Below the pieces are notes generated by a model, which did no database searches, was not told the origin of the DNA, and saw nothing but the letters and a program-made list of their open reading frames with translations. A stretch of 64,000 bases of DNA from an uncultured Verrucomicrobiae bacterium. GTDB lineage: Bacteria > Verrucomicrobiota > Verrucomicrobiia > Chthoniobacterales > JAFAMB01. Position 1 is the first letter of the stretch; each line of letters starts with the position of its first letter. The position numbers and the translations under genes were made by a program. The stretch covers positions 224,001 to 288,000 of the forward strand of contig CAWEXO010000008.1 of NCBI GenBank assembly GCA_963813025.1. Direction: 5' to 3'. This document shows, piece by piece, positions 1 to 10,727 of the stretch.

Positions 1-259
1 ACCGGCTTCCCTTGTTTGAAGTAGGCGACCACGTCGTACCCCTTCAAGATAACTCCTTGACTATCTACGTTTACTTTGGCTGGTCGCACTTCCTTTCGCC
101 TCCTTCGGAGATGCGTTTTGAGCCGGAACGTCTGGCTTCCTGCTATTCTGGGCAGGATCCAATGTTGGCTGCGTCGGAAGCGACAACCGCATTATTTCCA
201 GCAACAGCCAGCGCGGCTAGCAAGGAAGCCGCAGTCAGCGAGTATAGGAGTCTTTTCAT
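1..259 (-). CDS. YHS-domain secreted protein, N-terminal part (runs off window start; one frameshift)
   Basis: Manual translation: ATG at 259 gives signal peptide MKRLLYSLTAASLLAALAVA. After a frame change it reads PAKVNVDSQGVILKGYDVVAYFKQGKP, matching the GYDxVAYF motif of YHS-domain proteins. Confidence 0.7.
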
Positions 260-343
260 AATCCGACGTCCTTTAAGCGTCGTTCTGACTTAACATAGCC
301 GAATAAAGAATCGGTAAAGGAACTTTTAATTTGCACTTATGTG

Positions 344-483
344 TTTGGAGTGCGCGCGACTTGTCGCCGCTTTCGGATCACGCGGAGGTAGGAATCGACT
401 GAGCGGATTTAACTGCGGCACAAGCTGGCAGCAATTTCTCTCGTAACCGTACATCCGGCGTCAGCAAAGCGGCGACAAGTCGC
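344..483. repeat. REP-like inverted repeat pair
   Basis: GCGACTTGTCGCCGCTTT (356-373) and AAAGCGGCGACAAGTCGC (466-483) form a perfect 18-bp inverted repeat, preceded by TTTGGAGTGC. Confidence 0.75.
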
Positions 484-503
484 TATTGATTCCGAGACAC
501 GTA

Positions 504-3500
504 TCATGTGAGGCATAACGCGTCCAGAATTTTAGCTCGAAGGCGCTGAGCGGGCAGGTCCTTTGGATTCGCGACGAGCGCCTTATCAATCGCAGCCAGC
601 GCGAGTTCCGGCCGGTGTTGCGCCAGTAGCATCTCGCCGGCGCGCGTGCAGAAAGCGCTGTTTTTCGGGAGCCGCGCCAAGCCGAATGAGCGAAGAAAGT
701 CGGCGCGCTTGGAGTCGGTTTCAAACCCCGCCAGCGCGATATGAAGCAATGGATGATCGGGAAGAAAAACTAAAGCGTTTCGCAGCCATTGTTCGGTTAC
801 ATTTGGATTTGTCAGAAGAGCGTTGTCCACCCACTCGACAACTTTGACGTCGCTCGCCGGAAAGATCGTTCGATCACTTCCGGTACTGAAAAACCACCGT
901 AGAAAGCGCGCATTCGGACCGGAGCTCTTGCGCTAAGGCCTTCAATTGTCTCGTCAGCTGCGATCTGCGTTCCTCATCGACCGCTACGAGCGAGCCATCG
1001 TCTGAAAATTTGAGTCCGCTTGCGACAATCGAGAGCGATTCGACTTGCAACTCTGGGGAACCGGCCATCGAACCAGAGAAGCGCGTTCTCGCTGCGTCGC
1101 CATCCGACTCTTTCAGCTGTCGGGCCAGCGCTACCGGAGTTGCCGCGTCCCAGAGTTTAGCAGTTTTGTCCCAGCTCGCGGTCAGGATCCGAGCACCGTC
1201 CGGACTAAATGCCGCCCATCGGACAGTATCCTGATGGTCAAAGGAGGCGATGAGCTTGCCCGAGACTGCATCCCAGAGCTTGGCGGTGTTGTCTGCGCTG
1301 GCCGTCAGGATCCGAGCGCCGTCCGGACTAAACGCCCCGTGGTACACACTCGCCTGATGGACGAAAGTGGCGATAAGCTTGCCTGAAGCCGCATCCCAGA
1401 GCTTGGCGGTTTTGTCCAAGCTCGCTGTCAGGATCCGGGCACCATTCGGACTAAATGCCGCTTGCAAGACCTCATCCTGATGGTCGAAGGAGGCGAGGAG
1501 CTTGCCCGAGGCCGCGTCCCAAAGCCCGGCGCTGTGATCTGCGCTTGCCGTCAGGATCCGAGCACCGTCCGGACTAAACGCCGCGTCATAGACCGCATCT
1601 TGGTGGTCGAAGGAGCCGATGAGCTTGCCCGAGGCCGCATCCCAGAGCTTGGCGGATCTGTCTGCGCTGGCCGTCAGGATCCGAGCACCGTTCCGGACTG
1701 AACGCCGCATCGTTGACCGCATCCTGGTGGTCAAAGGAGGCGATGAGTTTGCCCGAGGCCGTATCCCAGAGCTTGGCGGTCTTGTCTTTGCTTGCTGTCA
1801 GGATCCGAGCACCGTCCGGACTAAACGCCGCCGCGTTGACCCCATCCTGGTGAGCAAAGGAGGCGACGAGCTTGCCCGAGGCCGCATCCCAGAGCTTGGC
1901 GGTTTTGTCCGCGCTCGCCGTCAGGATCCGGGTCACCGTCGGGACTAAACGCCGCATCGGTGACCCCATCCTGATGGTCAAACGAGCCGATCAGCTTCCC
2001 GGAGGTCGCATCCCAAAGCTTGGCGGTTTTGTCTGCGCTCCCCGTCAGGATCCGAGCGCCGTCCCGACTGAACGCCGCGCGATAGAGACCATCCTGATGC
2101 GTAAAAGAGGTGACGGGTTCGCCACGAGGCCACTTCCCAGAGTTTGACAGTTTTGTCCCAGCTTGCCGTCAGGACTCGAGCACCGTCCGGACTAAACGCC
2201 GCGCGTCTCAACACTCTCCTGATGGGCAAAGGAGGCGATGAGCTTGCCCGAGGCCGCATCCCAGAGCTTGGCAGTTTTGTCCCAGCTTGCCGTCAGGATC
2301 CGAGCGCCGTCCGGGACTGAACACCGCGTCGAGACCACATCCTGATGGGCAAAGGAGGCGATGAGCTTGCCCGAGGCCGCATCCCAGAGCTTGGCGGTTT
2401 TGTCCCCGCTCGCCGTCAGGATCTGAGCGCCGTCCGGACTAAACACCGCGTCGTAGACCGCATCCTGGTGGACGAAGGAGGCGATGCAGCTTGCCCGAGG
2501 CCACATCCCAAAGCTTGGCGGTTCTGTCTCTGCTTGCCGTCAGGATCCGAGCGCCGTCCGGACTAAACGCTCCGCGGTACACAGCTGGCCTGATGTTTGA
2601 AAGACGCGATCAGTTGGCCAGAGGCCGCATCCCAGAGCCTGGCGGTTTTGTCCGCGCTTGCCGTCAGGATCCGAGCGCCGTCGGGACTAAACGCGCGCCG
2701 TTGACCTCATCCTGATGGTCAAACGAGGCGATCAGTTTCCCCGAGGCCGCATCCCAGAGCTTGGCAGTGTGATCCGCGCTCGCGGTCAGGATCCGCGCAC
2801 CGTCCGGACTAAACGCCGCAGTGTTAACCGTACCCTGATGGGCAAAGACAACGATGAGCTTGCCCGAGGCCGCATCCCAGAGCTTCGCAGTTTTATCCCA
2901 GCTTGCGGTCAGAATCCGAGCGCCGTCCGGACTAAACACCGCGTCGACGACCACATCCTGATAGGCAAAGGAGGCGACCAACGGCGGCAGCGCCTTTTCA
3001 CGATGAACGATCAGTTCTTGGAAGAATCGTTCTGAAGCAACTTGATTTTGCGGGTCGAACTTGATCGCACGCGCAAGAAGAGCGATGCCCTCCCGCCACT
3101 CCCCCAACTGAAACTGACGCTCGGCTTGGTTAAAGCTCGCCCAGCTCGCCTGCCGCAATTGTTCCTGCAGCTTCGCCGTGACCTGCGCTTCAGACTTAAA
3201 CGCTTGGGCCGCCGTCCGACGCTGGCGTTCAGCCCGAAGCCATTGAAACCCGGCGACGATCGCGAGAACAGTGATCGCGGCCATCACCGCGTAACGAATC
3301 CGTTCTTGGACCTTGTTTGCGCCGTTTCCGCTCGCAAGTGCTCGCTTGGATGTATTCAATCTGTTCACGGCTGAGCGACGGTTCAAAGTCTCTGACTAAT
3401 TTTTCGCCTTCCGCCAGGGGAAGTCCGGGCCCGAGCAGGTCATCCTTTTGTTGTCCGCGGCTCTGCCAGAGCTTCAGGCTGGAATCCAGGCGGTCCCGCA

Positions 3501-5576
3501 TCCGCAGGAACTCGCGGTTTTCTTTCAGCCATTCTTTGACGCGTTGCCATTCGCGCAGCAGCGCTTCGTGCGCGACGCTCACGGTCACCTCTCCCTGCGG
3601 ATCGGTGTCCGCGACCAACAGACGTTTCTCAATGAATAGATCCACAAAGCCTTTCGCGCCGGCTTTTTGATTGTGGCGGATCCCTTCTGATGTCGACGAA
3701 ATCACGATAAGGCACCGTCCGCCGGTTGGGCACTTCTTCTTCGCCCTGGCCCAACGTGACAAGATGCCGCATGACTACAGGAAACGCCTTTTGTTCGTGC
3801 GGTCGCAAAGTGCTGAACACCCTCTCGGCATGCTTGGCCAGCGCGCCTTTCAATTCCCCGAGTTCGCGATAGTCCGACCACGCGAAGCAAGTCGTCACCT
3901 CGGGCGCCTGCTCCTCGTAAAGCAGTGACAAAACATGTTCGAGCAAGGGCAAGGATTCCGGTGTCGCACGAGGCAGCATCGCGCAGCGCTTGATCCAGGC
4001 GTTGGCCCGTCTCTCGCTCTTGCTCGAAGCGCAGACCGGCCGCTTCGGCCGGCAGCCGAATCATGTTACCGATCTCGTAGGCGGTGGGAGGCCGAAGGTC
4101 GACTTTTCCAGCCGGCTTGGTGAGCTCGATCAGATCCGGGAACTGCTGATACCAAGAGTAAAAGTCGCTCCGTAACGTTGCCAGGACAAAGACTCGACCG
4201 CTCCGAACCAAACCAGCAATCGCGGAAATATATTTCTGCCGAATCTCCGGTGAAAAGCCGGTCGTGAACAATTCTTCCAACTGGTCAACCACCAAAGCCA
4301 AACGGGCTTTCGGTAGCTCCAGCCTCTCCCTCTGCTGCCGAGCCAGGTCCGCGTCGTCCGATCTTCCTGATCCCCGCAGTTGCCGCTCTCTTTCCTCCAA
4401 GATAATGCGAATGCTCGATTTTCCACTCTCGCGCGGCGTGATCGAGCGCGTCCCGGACCCGAAGCGCGACGCTGTCGGAGTGTTCCCTCAATTCGGTCGC
4501 CAAATCACGGACTGCGTTTAGCGATTCCGGGTCCTCCAAGGCCGGCAGCGCAGCTGGACTCCAGCAGCGCGGCTGCCAAAGCATCGAAGCAATCACCATC
4601 GCCTCCGCCGGCTCCTGGTCTGGTCACCGCCCGCCGCCAGAGCCCAATTCCTTCAATCGTTTCGGGTTGCGTTAGCAACGGAAGCACGCCCGCTCGCACC
4701 AGCGAGCTTTTTCCGGAGCCGCTCGCACCCACGACCAGCACAAACGGCCGTTGCGCTCTGACTTGCACTTCCAAGGCCTCCAACACTGCCCCGATTGCCT
4801 TCGTTCTGCCGTGAAAGATGGGCGCGTGTTCGAAATCGAAAACCTCCAGTCCGCGGAATGGGTTTTCTTTCCAACGCCGGGCCTGGCGGCCCCGACCGAT
4901 CAATTGGCGTTGGCGTTCGCGGGAAACCTGTGTGGAGAGGAAATCCCGAAAATGCTCTCGAAACAGGCGCTCGAACTCTTCGAGATTGTAATAATTGTTG
5001 AATGCACCAATGAACTGGCCCTCGCCGTCTTTTAGCCAAGACTCGAAAAACGCGTTGAGCGCCTTCCACTGCCGAAGAAATTCTTCGAGTTTTTCCGGCG
5101 AATCGAGCGGAGGGTTCGGCTGGCTCCGGTTGCGATATACGTGCAGCGCCGGAATGCCGGGCGTCTTTTTACGCTGTGCCACAGCCCAGGCAATCTCGAA
5201 GTCCGTTCCGGATCGAGGCTCACTCCCGTCCGGCATCTGAAATCGAGGATGCAATTTTGTGCCGAGGCGGGACCATAGGATACAAATGACCAAGTCGAAT
5301 TGGGCCGTATTTGGGATTTGGTCCTGATAGCCGAGTTCTGGTGAAAACCGCTGGTATTCCCAGAAGTAGGGACAAAGAATCAGCTCGCTGGATTCCGGTT
5401 CGATCAGAACTATCCGGCGATTCCAGGGATTGTTCGTCGCGTAGAAGATTCGAATACTGAACACTGACCGGAATTCCCAGTTCTTCCGCGGTCACGCGAA
5501 TCAGCCGGTCCGCAATCGTTCGCTCTGCCCGGACGTCTCCTGGGGAAGAAACAAAAACCCGGATAGTCTTCATCAT
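504..5576 (-). CDS. NLR-like STAND NTPase: DUF4062-like domain + nSTAND ATPase + TM helix + WD40 repeats + TPR-like tail (multiple frameshifts)
   Basis: ORF pieces in order: [15 protein letters not shown]...[12 protein letters not shown]...SGTDFEI (DUF4062-like); NPFRGLEVF; Walker [10 protein letters not shown]; Walker [36 protein letters not shown]; hydrophobic [20 protein letters not shown]40 array; [15 protein letters not shown]. Confidence 0.85.
1140..2975 (-). repeat. Tandem array of 15 highly similar 123-bp (41-aa) WD40 repeats
   Basis: A GCCGCATCCCAGAGCTTGGC-like motif recurs about every 123 bp, 15 times. Consensus [41 protein letters not shown]. Confidence 0.95.
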
Positions 5577-5815
5577 GTTACGGAACGCCGAAGGTCCGCT
5601 TGACCCCCATTCCTGAAGCTGCAATGAACTATCAATCGGCGAAGCCGCGTCGCTCTTTACCGGATGACATTCTCAGATTCGAGGCAGTGAAGGCAAGGAA
5701 ATCCCAGACGTATCTGGCAATCCAAACTGCCGTCTCAAGGACCTCATCCGAGGGCGCTTCCAGTCGTTAAAGAAGTGGAGGAACAGGGACTGGAACCTAC
5801 GGTCGGAGTGCAACC

Positions 5816-6202
5816 TCACTTCCAGAGCACGTACCTGCCACCATTGGTGCAAACGATGACCAGATTCATCAGGACGAGCATAAGGTCGTAATGCCAGCCA
5901 GATGCCTTTTCGCCCCAGAACCCTGTGTGCCAGACGAAGATCTTCCGGTGGATTGCTCCCAGCATGACCAGTATCATACCGATCGCGGCAAGTTGCGTGA
6001 GCACGCCGAAGGCTACTCCCAGCCCACCGGCAAGTTCCACCACGCCCAGAAACATTGTGAAGGCCGGGCTCATGCCGATGCTCTGCGCGCGGCCTTTAGG
6101 GTCTCTGAGGTGGCTCCAGCCGCTGGTGACAAAGATTGCCGCCACCATAAGCCGCAGCAGCAGCAAGCTGAGGTTAGTGAACTGCGCGAGTTGTGGGAAC
6201 AT
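5816..6202 (-). CDS. DoxX family membrane protein
   Basis: 128 aa, four hydrophobic segments; LLLRLMVAAIFVTSGWSHL, ELAGGLGVAFG, GWHYDL. Confidence 0.85.
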   Translation of the reverse strand: MFPQLAQFTNLSLLLLRLMVAAIFVTSGWSHLRDPKGRAQSIGMSPAFTMFLGVVELAGGLGVAFGVLTQLAAIGMILVMLGAIHRKIFVWHTGFWGEKASGWHYDLMLVLMNLVIVCTNGGRYVLWK

Positions 6203-6259
6203 CAGTATCTCCTCTCTCGCACCTATCGGCCGCCGTCGATGTTGGTGGTTTGCCAGAGC

Positions 6260-6757
6260 TCAAAGATTCATTGTTATGTTCGAGCCATTTAGAAGCGTCT
6301 GGTAAACAACGCAATACCGCTCTGTCAATGCCAGGAGTTTCTCTCGCTCGCTGGAGCTCGCATCGGTATCCAATGAAATGCGAAGTCGGATCTGCCTGAA
6401 ACCAACCGGGACATCCTTCGCGACGGCTAAGGTACCCCGGAAATCGAGATCGCCTTCCGCTGTCACAGCGCCACCACGTAACTCAATGCCGAGAGCCGTG
6501 GCGACTGCGCCGACGGTCACGCCGGTGCAGGCCACCAGCGCTTGCAGAAGCATGTCACCTGAGCAAGCCGTCATATCAGTACCACCCGCAGCAGGGTGAA
6601 GGCCAGCTGCTACGAGGGAGTCGTTTGTTGCGATGCTACACGTGGCGTTCTCTCCGAGAGTGCCTTTGGCCCGAAGGGTCACAAGCGCGGACGTCGGATC
6701 GGTAAGATACCTCTGTTTCACGGGAGCCTGCATGGCTCTTAGTTGATCGCGGTCCAT
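6260..6757 (-). CDS. OsmC family protein
   Basis: Likely start MDRDQLRAMQAPVK; GLHPAAGG..ACSGDMLLQALVAC, GDLDFRGTL, TERYCVVYQTL. Confidence 0.85.
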   Translation of the reverse strand: MDRDQLRAMQAPVKQRYLTDPTSALVTLRAKGTLGENATCSIATNDSLVAAGLHPAAGGTDMTACSGDMLLQALVACTGVTVGAVATALGIELRGGAVTAEGDLDFRGTLAVAKDVPVGFRQIRLRISLDTDASSSEREKLLALTERYCVVYQTLLNGSNITMNL

Positions 6758-6863
6758 ACAAAAACGTTCTTTGACTCGAAAGGCTTTTTCATGCAAGCGG
6801 CGATCCCCGTACAAGCTTGAGAGATAATGCAACCAGAGAGCTAGTGCGCCGACACTTTCCCGT

Positions 6864-7982
6864 TCACCCATCCACATAGTCCTCGCGCCACGGCCGCAGC
6901 GGAGGAAGTACAGTTCCTTTTTCATCGAACAAGTGGACGAACCGATGGTCGACCGAAAATCGAACGTTTTCTCCGGGCCGAAGGCTGCGAATTCCGCGGA
7001 TCGCCGCTGTGAGATTTTCGCCGGATTGCAGATGGGCAAGAACCACTGTCTCGGAGCCGAGCATCTCAGTAGCGATGACGGTGCCCACAATCGAGCCGCG
7101 GTGGTCGGACAACGCGAGATGCTCTGGCCGGATCCCTACGGTGCAGTCCGCGTCGGCCACGCTCCCTGTTCCGTCCACAGCGGCATGAACAGCGCCGCGC
7201 CCGCCATCGACCGATAAGCTCACTCCATCTCCGGTGACGGTTCGCATTTTTGCCTTCAACATATTCATTTGTGGGGTTCCGAGAAAAGCGGCAACAAATT
7301 GGTTCCGCGGTCGAGCATAGAGTTCGAGCGGCGTGCCGATCTGCTCGACCGACCCGTCGCGCAGAACGACGATCGTGTCGGCCATCGTCATGGCCTCCAC
7401 CTGATCGTGAGTCACATACACCATGGTCGACTTCAGCCGGCGATGCAGGCTGACTATCTCGCTCCGCATCTTGACACGTAGCTCCGCGTCGAGATTGGAC
7501 AGGGGCTCGTCAAAGAGGAAAGCCTGCGGCTCTTTGACGATCGCCCGGCCGATCGCTACCCTTTGACTCTGACCACCGGAGAGCTGAGACGGCCGCCGGG
7601 CAAGAAGCTCCGAAATTCGAAGGATCTCGGCTGCACGTCGGATGCGAGACTCGATCTCGGGCTTTGGCAGCTTCTGATTGGCCAGGCCAAAGCGGAGGTT
7701 CTCGTACACGCTCATATGTGGGTAGAGAGCGTACGACTGAAACACCATTGCCATCCCCCGCGCCGACGGCAAAAGATGATCGCAGCGTACACCGCCGATA
7801 TGCACTTCCCCGGAGGTCAACTCCTCAAGTCCGGCGATCATCCGTAGCAGGGTCGATTTCCCGCACCCGGAGGGACCGACAAAAACGGTGAAGGATCCGT
7901 CGTCGACCGTTAGATTGACGCCGTGGATTACTTCGACGGATTGGAAGCTTTTGTGGACCCCCTTTAGCTCAAGCCTGGCCAT
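6864..7982 (-). CDS. Sugar ABC transporter ATP-binding protein (MalK/UgpC family)
   Basis: GPSGCGKST, MVFQSYALYPHM, LSGGQSQR, DEPLSNLD, TOBE-like C-terminus. Confidence 0.95.
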   Translation of the reverse strand: MARLELKGVHKSFQSVEVIHGVNLTVDDGSFTVFVGPSGCGKSTLLRMIAGLEELTSGEVHIGGVRCDHLLPSARGMAMVFQSYALYPHMSVYENLRFGLANQKLPKPEIESRIRRAAEILRISELLARRPSQLSGGQSQRVAIGRAIVKEPQAFLFDEPLSNLDAELRVKMRSEIVSLHRRLKSTMVYVTHDQVEAMTMADTIVVLRDGSVEQIGTPLELYARPRNQFVAAFLGTPQMNMLKAKMRTVTGDGVSLSVDGGRGAVHAAVDGTGSVADADCTVGIRPEHLALSDHRGSIVGTVIATEMLGSETVVLAHLQSGENLTAAIRGIRSLRPGENVRFSVDHRFVHLFDEKGTVLPPLRPWREDYVDG

Positions 7983-10647
7983 ATGCGTTCACTTCCAGGA
8001 CCAGCCGATCACCAGATTGCAGTGTGTGTTGCCTTCCGAGTAGAATCACATCACCAGTCCGCTCGGCAGCACGGCCTTCCACGGTGGCCGCGCCCGCGAG
8101 TCCCGGCAGTCGAAGTCGTGATACCGCCAGTTTGCCACCCTTGACGATAAGCGTCACCGTCGGCCCTTTCAGTTCAACCACGCCCCAGCCCTGCCCGGCG
8201 GACCAAAAATAGACGCCGTCGCCGGCGCGCGCAGGCCTGAAGCCGATTTCGCCGCGCCGTTGGTCGAACGAAAGACCAGAGTAAGCATTGACCAGAGCAT
8301 AACTCGACAGCGCCCGGATGTAGTAGCTGCCGCACTCGATATCGTTCCACGGATTGCGTCGCGACCCGTCATAACGAGCGCGCGCCGCCCGCACGACGGC
8401 GAGACCCTCGTCGACCATGCCACGCTGGATCAGGTGCGAGGCGATCGCGTATTCCAGCCCGGTCCACACCTCCTCCGCATAGGGAGCCGGCACTGCCGGC
8501 TTGGTTGTCCCCTCAGGCCAAGTGCAGACGAGAAGTCCGGCTTCGCCTTCGTAAGCATAAACGCGGCAAGGATTGAAATGATCAACGAGGCTCGAACGAT
8601 AGTTTTCGTTAAACACCGAGTTGAGCGCCGTCCGTACCTTTTCCGGCGCGAGTAGATCGCCCAGGCCGGAGATATCGGCGTGCCACTGACCAAGGATCTG
8701 ATCAGTGAGACAGCCCGCACCGACCTGGTATTTGATCTCGCCGTACTCGTCAGACCAGTACGCTTCCATGAATGAGTCACTGAGCACGCCGGCCTTGCGA
8801 CGCTGAGCAAAGGGGACGAGCACCGAACGATCAAACAAATCGATCTTCTGGGTGTAGTAGCGGCCGTTGAAGAGCTCGCGATCGACATACACGCCGCCTT
8901 TTGTCGCCAGCTCGCGACACTCTTTCGCGAAAACCTCTTCATTCATCGCCTCCGCCATAATGGAGGCAGCCGTCAGCGCCGCGAGATACATCGTAGTTAG
9001 CCAGGAATTTGGGCCGAATAGTTCCATGTCGAGAGTGTGATGCTGGCGGCCCCATAGCACTCCGGTCTTGTCCGGATCCCATCTGTCCGGGTTATCCGGC
9101 GACCAGGCGTACTCCATCGCATGCCTGATATTCGGCCAATACCGCTTCAGCCACTGATCGTCACCGAGGTTCTTCCATTCGCGATAGGCTTTGACGATCG
9201 CGCCGAAATGTCCATCCGCACATGGACCGATGATATCAAACCCGGAACCGAGAGGGAGCCTCTGGCGGAAGGTCAGGCCGCCGCTCGGCAACTGATTATA
9301 GGTTAACTCTGTTTCGCGCAGCGTTCGCTCAAGGGCCGGGAAGAGATTGGCGAGTGCTTGCTGATAGTTCCAGACATGCGTGCAGCTCCCCTCACAGGAG
9401 CCTTCCTGCGGATGCTGGCCCTCCCACCCCCAGATCTCACCCCCCTCCAGCCGGATCAGTGTCGCGGAACGGAGGATCCCAAGCGTGCCATTGACCGCAT
9501 CAATGATCTCCGGCGGGAGGGATGAGCCGAAAATAGAATCACGGAAGGCGACGGTCTGCGCCTCGAGTGCGTCCCAACGCTTGAAAGCCTCCGTTCCGCT
9601 AGCTGCCGAATCGGGCCATTGAGTCGCGTAGTAGTTCTTCCACGTCGGGGGTCTGCCCTCGAACAATGGGCTGCCGGGCTGCTCGCGATTGAACCAGTAG
9701 ATGCTGCCGAGCGGATAATTCCAACTGATACCAAAGCGCACCTGCCGGGTCTCGCCAGGCGCGACGCGGACGCGCACTGCGAGCGTACCGTGCTCGGGCT
9801 GCTGGAACATATTCCTTACAGCGCGCGGTTTGTCATATTGCCGCTCCCGGAGGCGGCCTGCCCGCGCGAATTCTCGCCAGTAGAGGCTGAGACTATCGAA
9901 CCACTGACCGCGGAAATGATAATCGACATGCTCAACGTCATTTTCGTCGGTGACGATTGCGAGATCGCCTCTTTGGTCCTCCGGATCTCCCGTATCGCAC
10001 GAGGTAAAGTGCAGGAGGCTGAGCCCGTCTCTCTGGGTAAAAGTGTGGATACCGGTGTCGCACCCGTAATTACCCAGGGTCGAGGCGATCGTGTACTCAA
10101 TCAGCGCGTCGGTGTCGTTCTCAACCGAGAAGGCGAACAGCGCGGCTGGCATCGAGGAGTCTCGGTCGTCGTGCGGGATGAACGGACTGAAAGCGATCAT
10201 TCGTACGGTGCCCGGAAAGCTTGCTTGATGGAACTCGAGCTCGGCGACCGGAAAGCGACCGATGAACGTGACGTCCTCAAAGTGCGGAACTCCGGCCAGC
10301 GAATCGCGATTGGCGCCGAAACCAAATCCGTCGAACTTGCGTGCACCGGGCGAACCGGCCGGCGTTCCCTCATAGGGTCCGTTCAGGACACGAGCACCTA
10401 GTAAGTTACCCTCCTGCTCTGCCTTGATGGCGAAATGGCTGTACCCGTTGAACTGGCCGATCGCGGGTCGGTTGCGGATGCTCCAGTCGATTAGCCTGCC
10501 GCTCCCGGTCAACGACACGCTGCCGGTTCCGATACCGCCTAGCGGAAAAGCGACGTATTTGCGCCTTTGGCCGCTGTAGACGAATCGATCGTCGATGGTG
10601 TTGGACGTCGGCAACATGCCGCTGGATTTCCTGTGTTCTAATTTCAT
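7969..10647 (-). CDS. GH116 family glycoside hydrolase (non-lysosomal glucosylceramidase-like)
   Basis: VAFPLGGIGTG, FSPFIPHD..DSSMPA, CEGSCTHVWNY, HHTLDMELFGPN, EVWTG, NPWNDIECGSYY. Confidence 0.9.
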   Translation of the reverse strand: MKLEHRKSSGMLPTSNTIDDRFVYSGQRRKYVAFPLGGIGTGSVSLTGSGRLIDWSIRNRPAIGQFNGYSHFAIKAEQEGNLLGARVLNGPYEGTPAGSPGARKFDGFGFGANRDSLAGVPHFEDVTFIGRFPVAELEFHQASFPGTVRMIAFSPFIPHDDRDSSMPAALFAFSVENDTDALIEYTIASTLGNYGCDTGIHTFTQRDGLSLLHFTSCDTGDPEDQRGDLAIVTDENDVEHVDYHFRGQWFDSLSLYWREFARAGRLRERQYDKPRAVRNMFQQPEHGTLAVRVRVAPGETRQVRFGISWNYPLGSIYWFNREQPGSPLFEGRPPTWKNYYATQWPDSAASGTEAFKRWDALEAQTVAFRDSIFGSSLPPEIIDAVNGTLGILRSATLIRLEGGEIWGWEGQHPQEGSCEGSCTHVWNYQQALANLFPALERTLRETELTYNQLPSGGLTFRQRLPLGSGFDIIGPCADGHFGAIVKAYREWKNLGDDQWLKRYWPNIRHAMEYAWSPDNPDRWDPDKTGVLWGRQHHTLDMELFGPNSWLTTMYLAALTAASIMAEAMNEEVFAKECRELATKGGVYVDRELFNGRYYTQKIDLFDRSVLVPFAQRRKAGVLSDSFMEAYWSDEYGEIKYQVGAGCLTDQILGQWHADISGLGDLLAPEKVRTALNSVFNENYRSSLVDHFNPCRVYAYEGEAGLLVCTWPEGTTKPAVPAPYAEEVWTGLEYAIASHLIQRGMVDEGLAVVRAARARYDGSRRNPWNDIECGSYYIRALSSYALVNAYSGLSFDQRRGEIGFRPARAGDGVYFWSAGQGWGVVELKGPTVTLIVKGGKLAVSRLRLPGLAGAATVEGRAAERTGDVILLGRQHTLQSGDRLVLEVNAYGQA

Positions 10648-10727
10648 TTTTGCCTGCTTGTGCCCGGGGGCTCCCTATCCTTGCGCTTTTCGCGATCGAT
10701 GTGTCCAGCCTAGCGCAGCGGCTCGCA

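Noticed and set aside
1140..2975. CRISPR array or DGR variable region
   Set aside because: The repeats are contiguous 123-bp coding WD40 units with no unique spacers. No cas or reverse-transcriptase gene is present, and the variation is not evidently adenine-specific.
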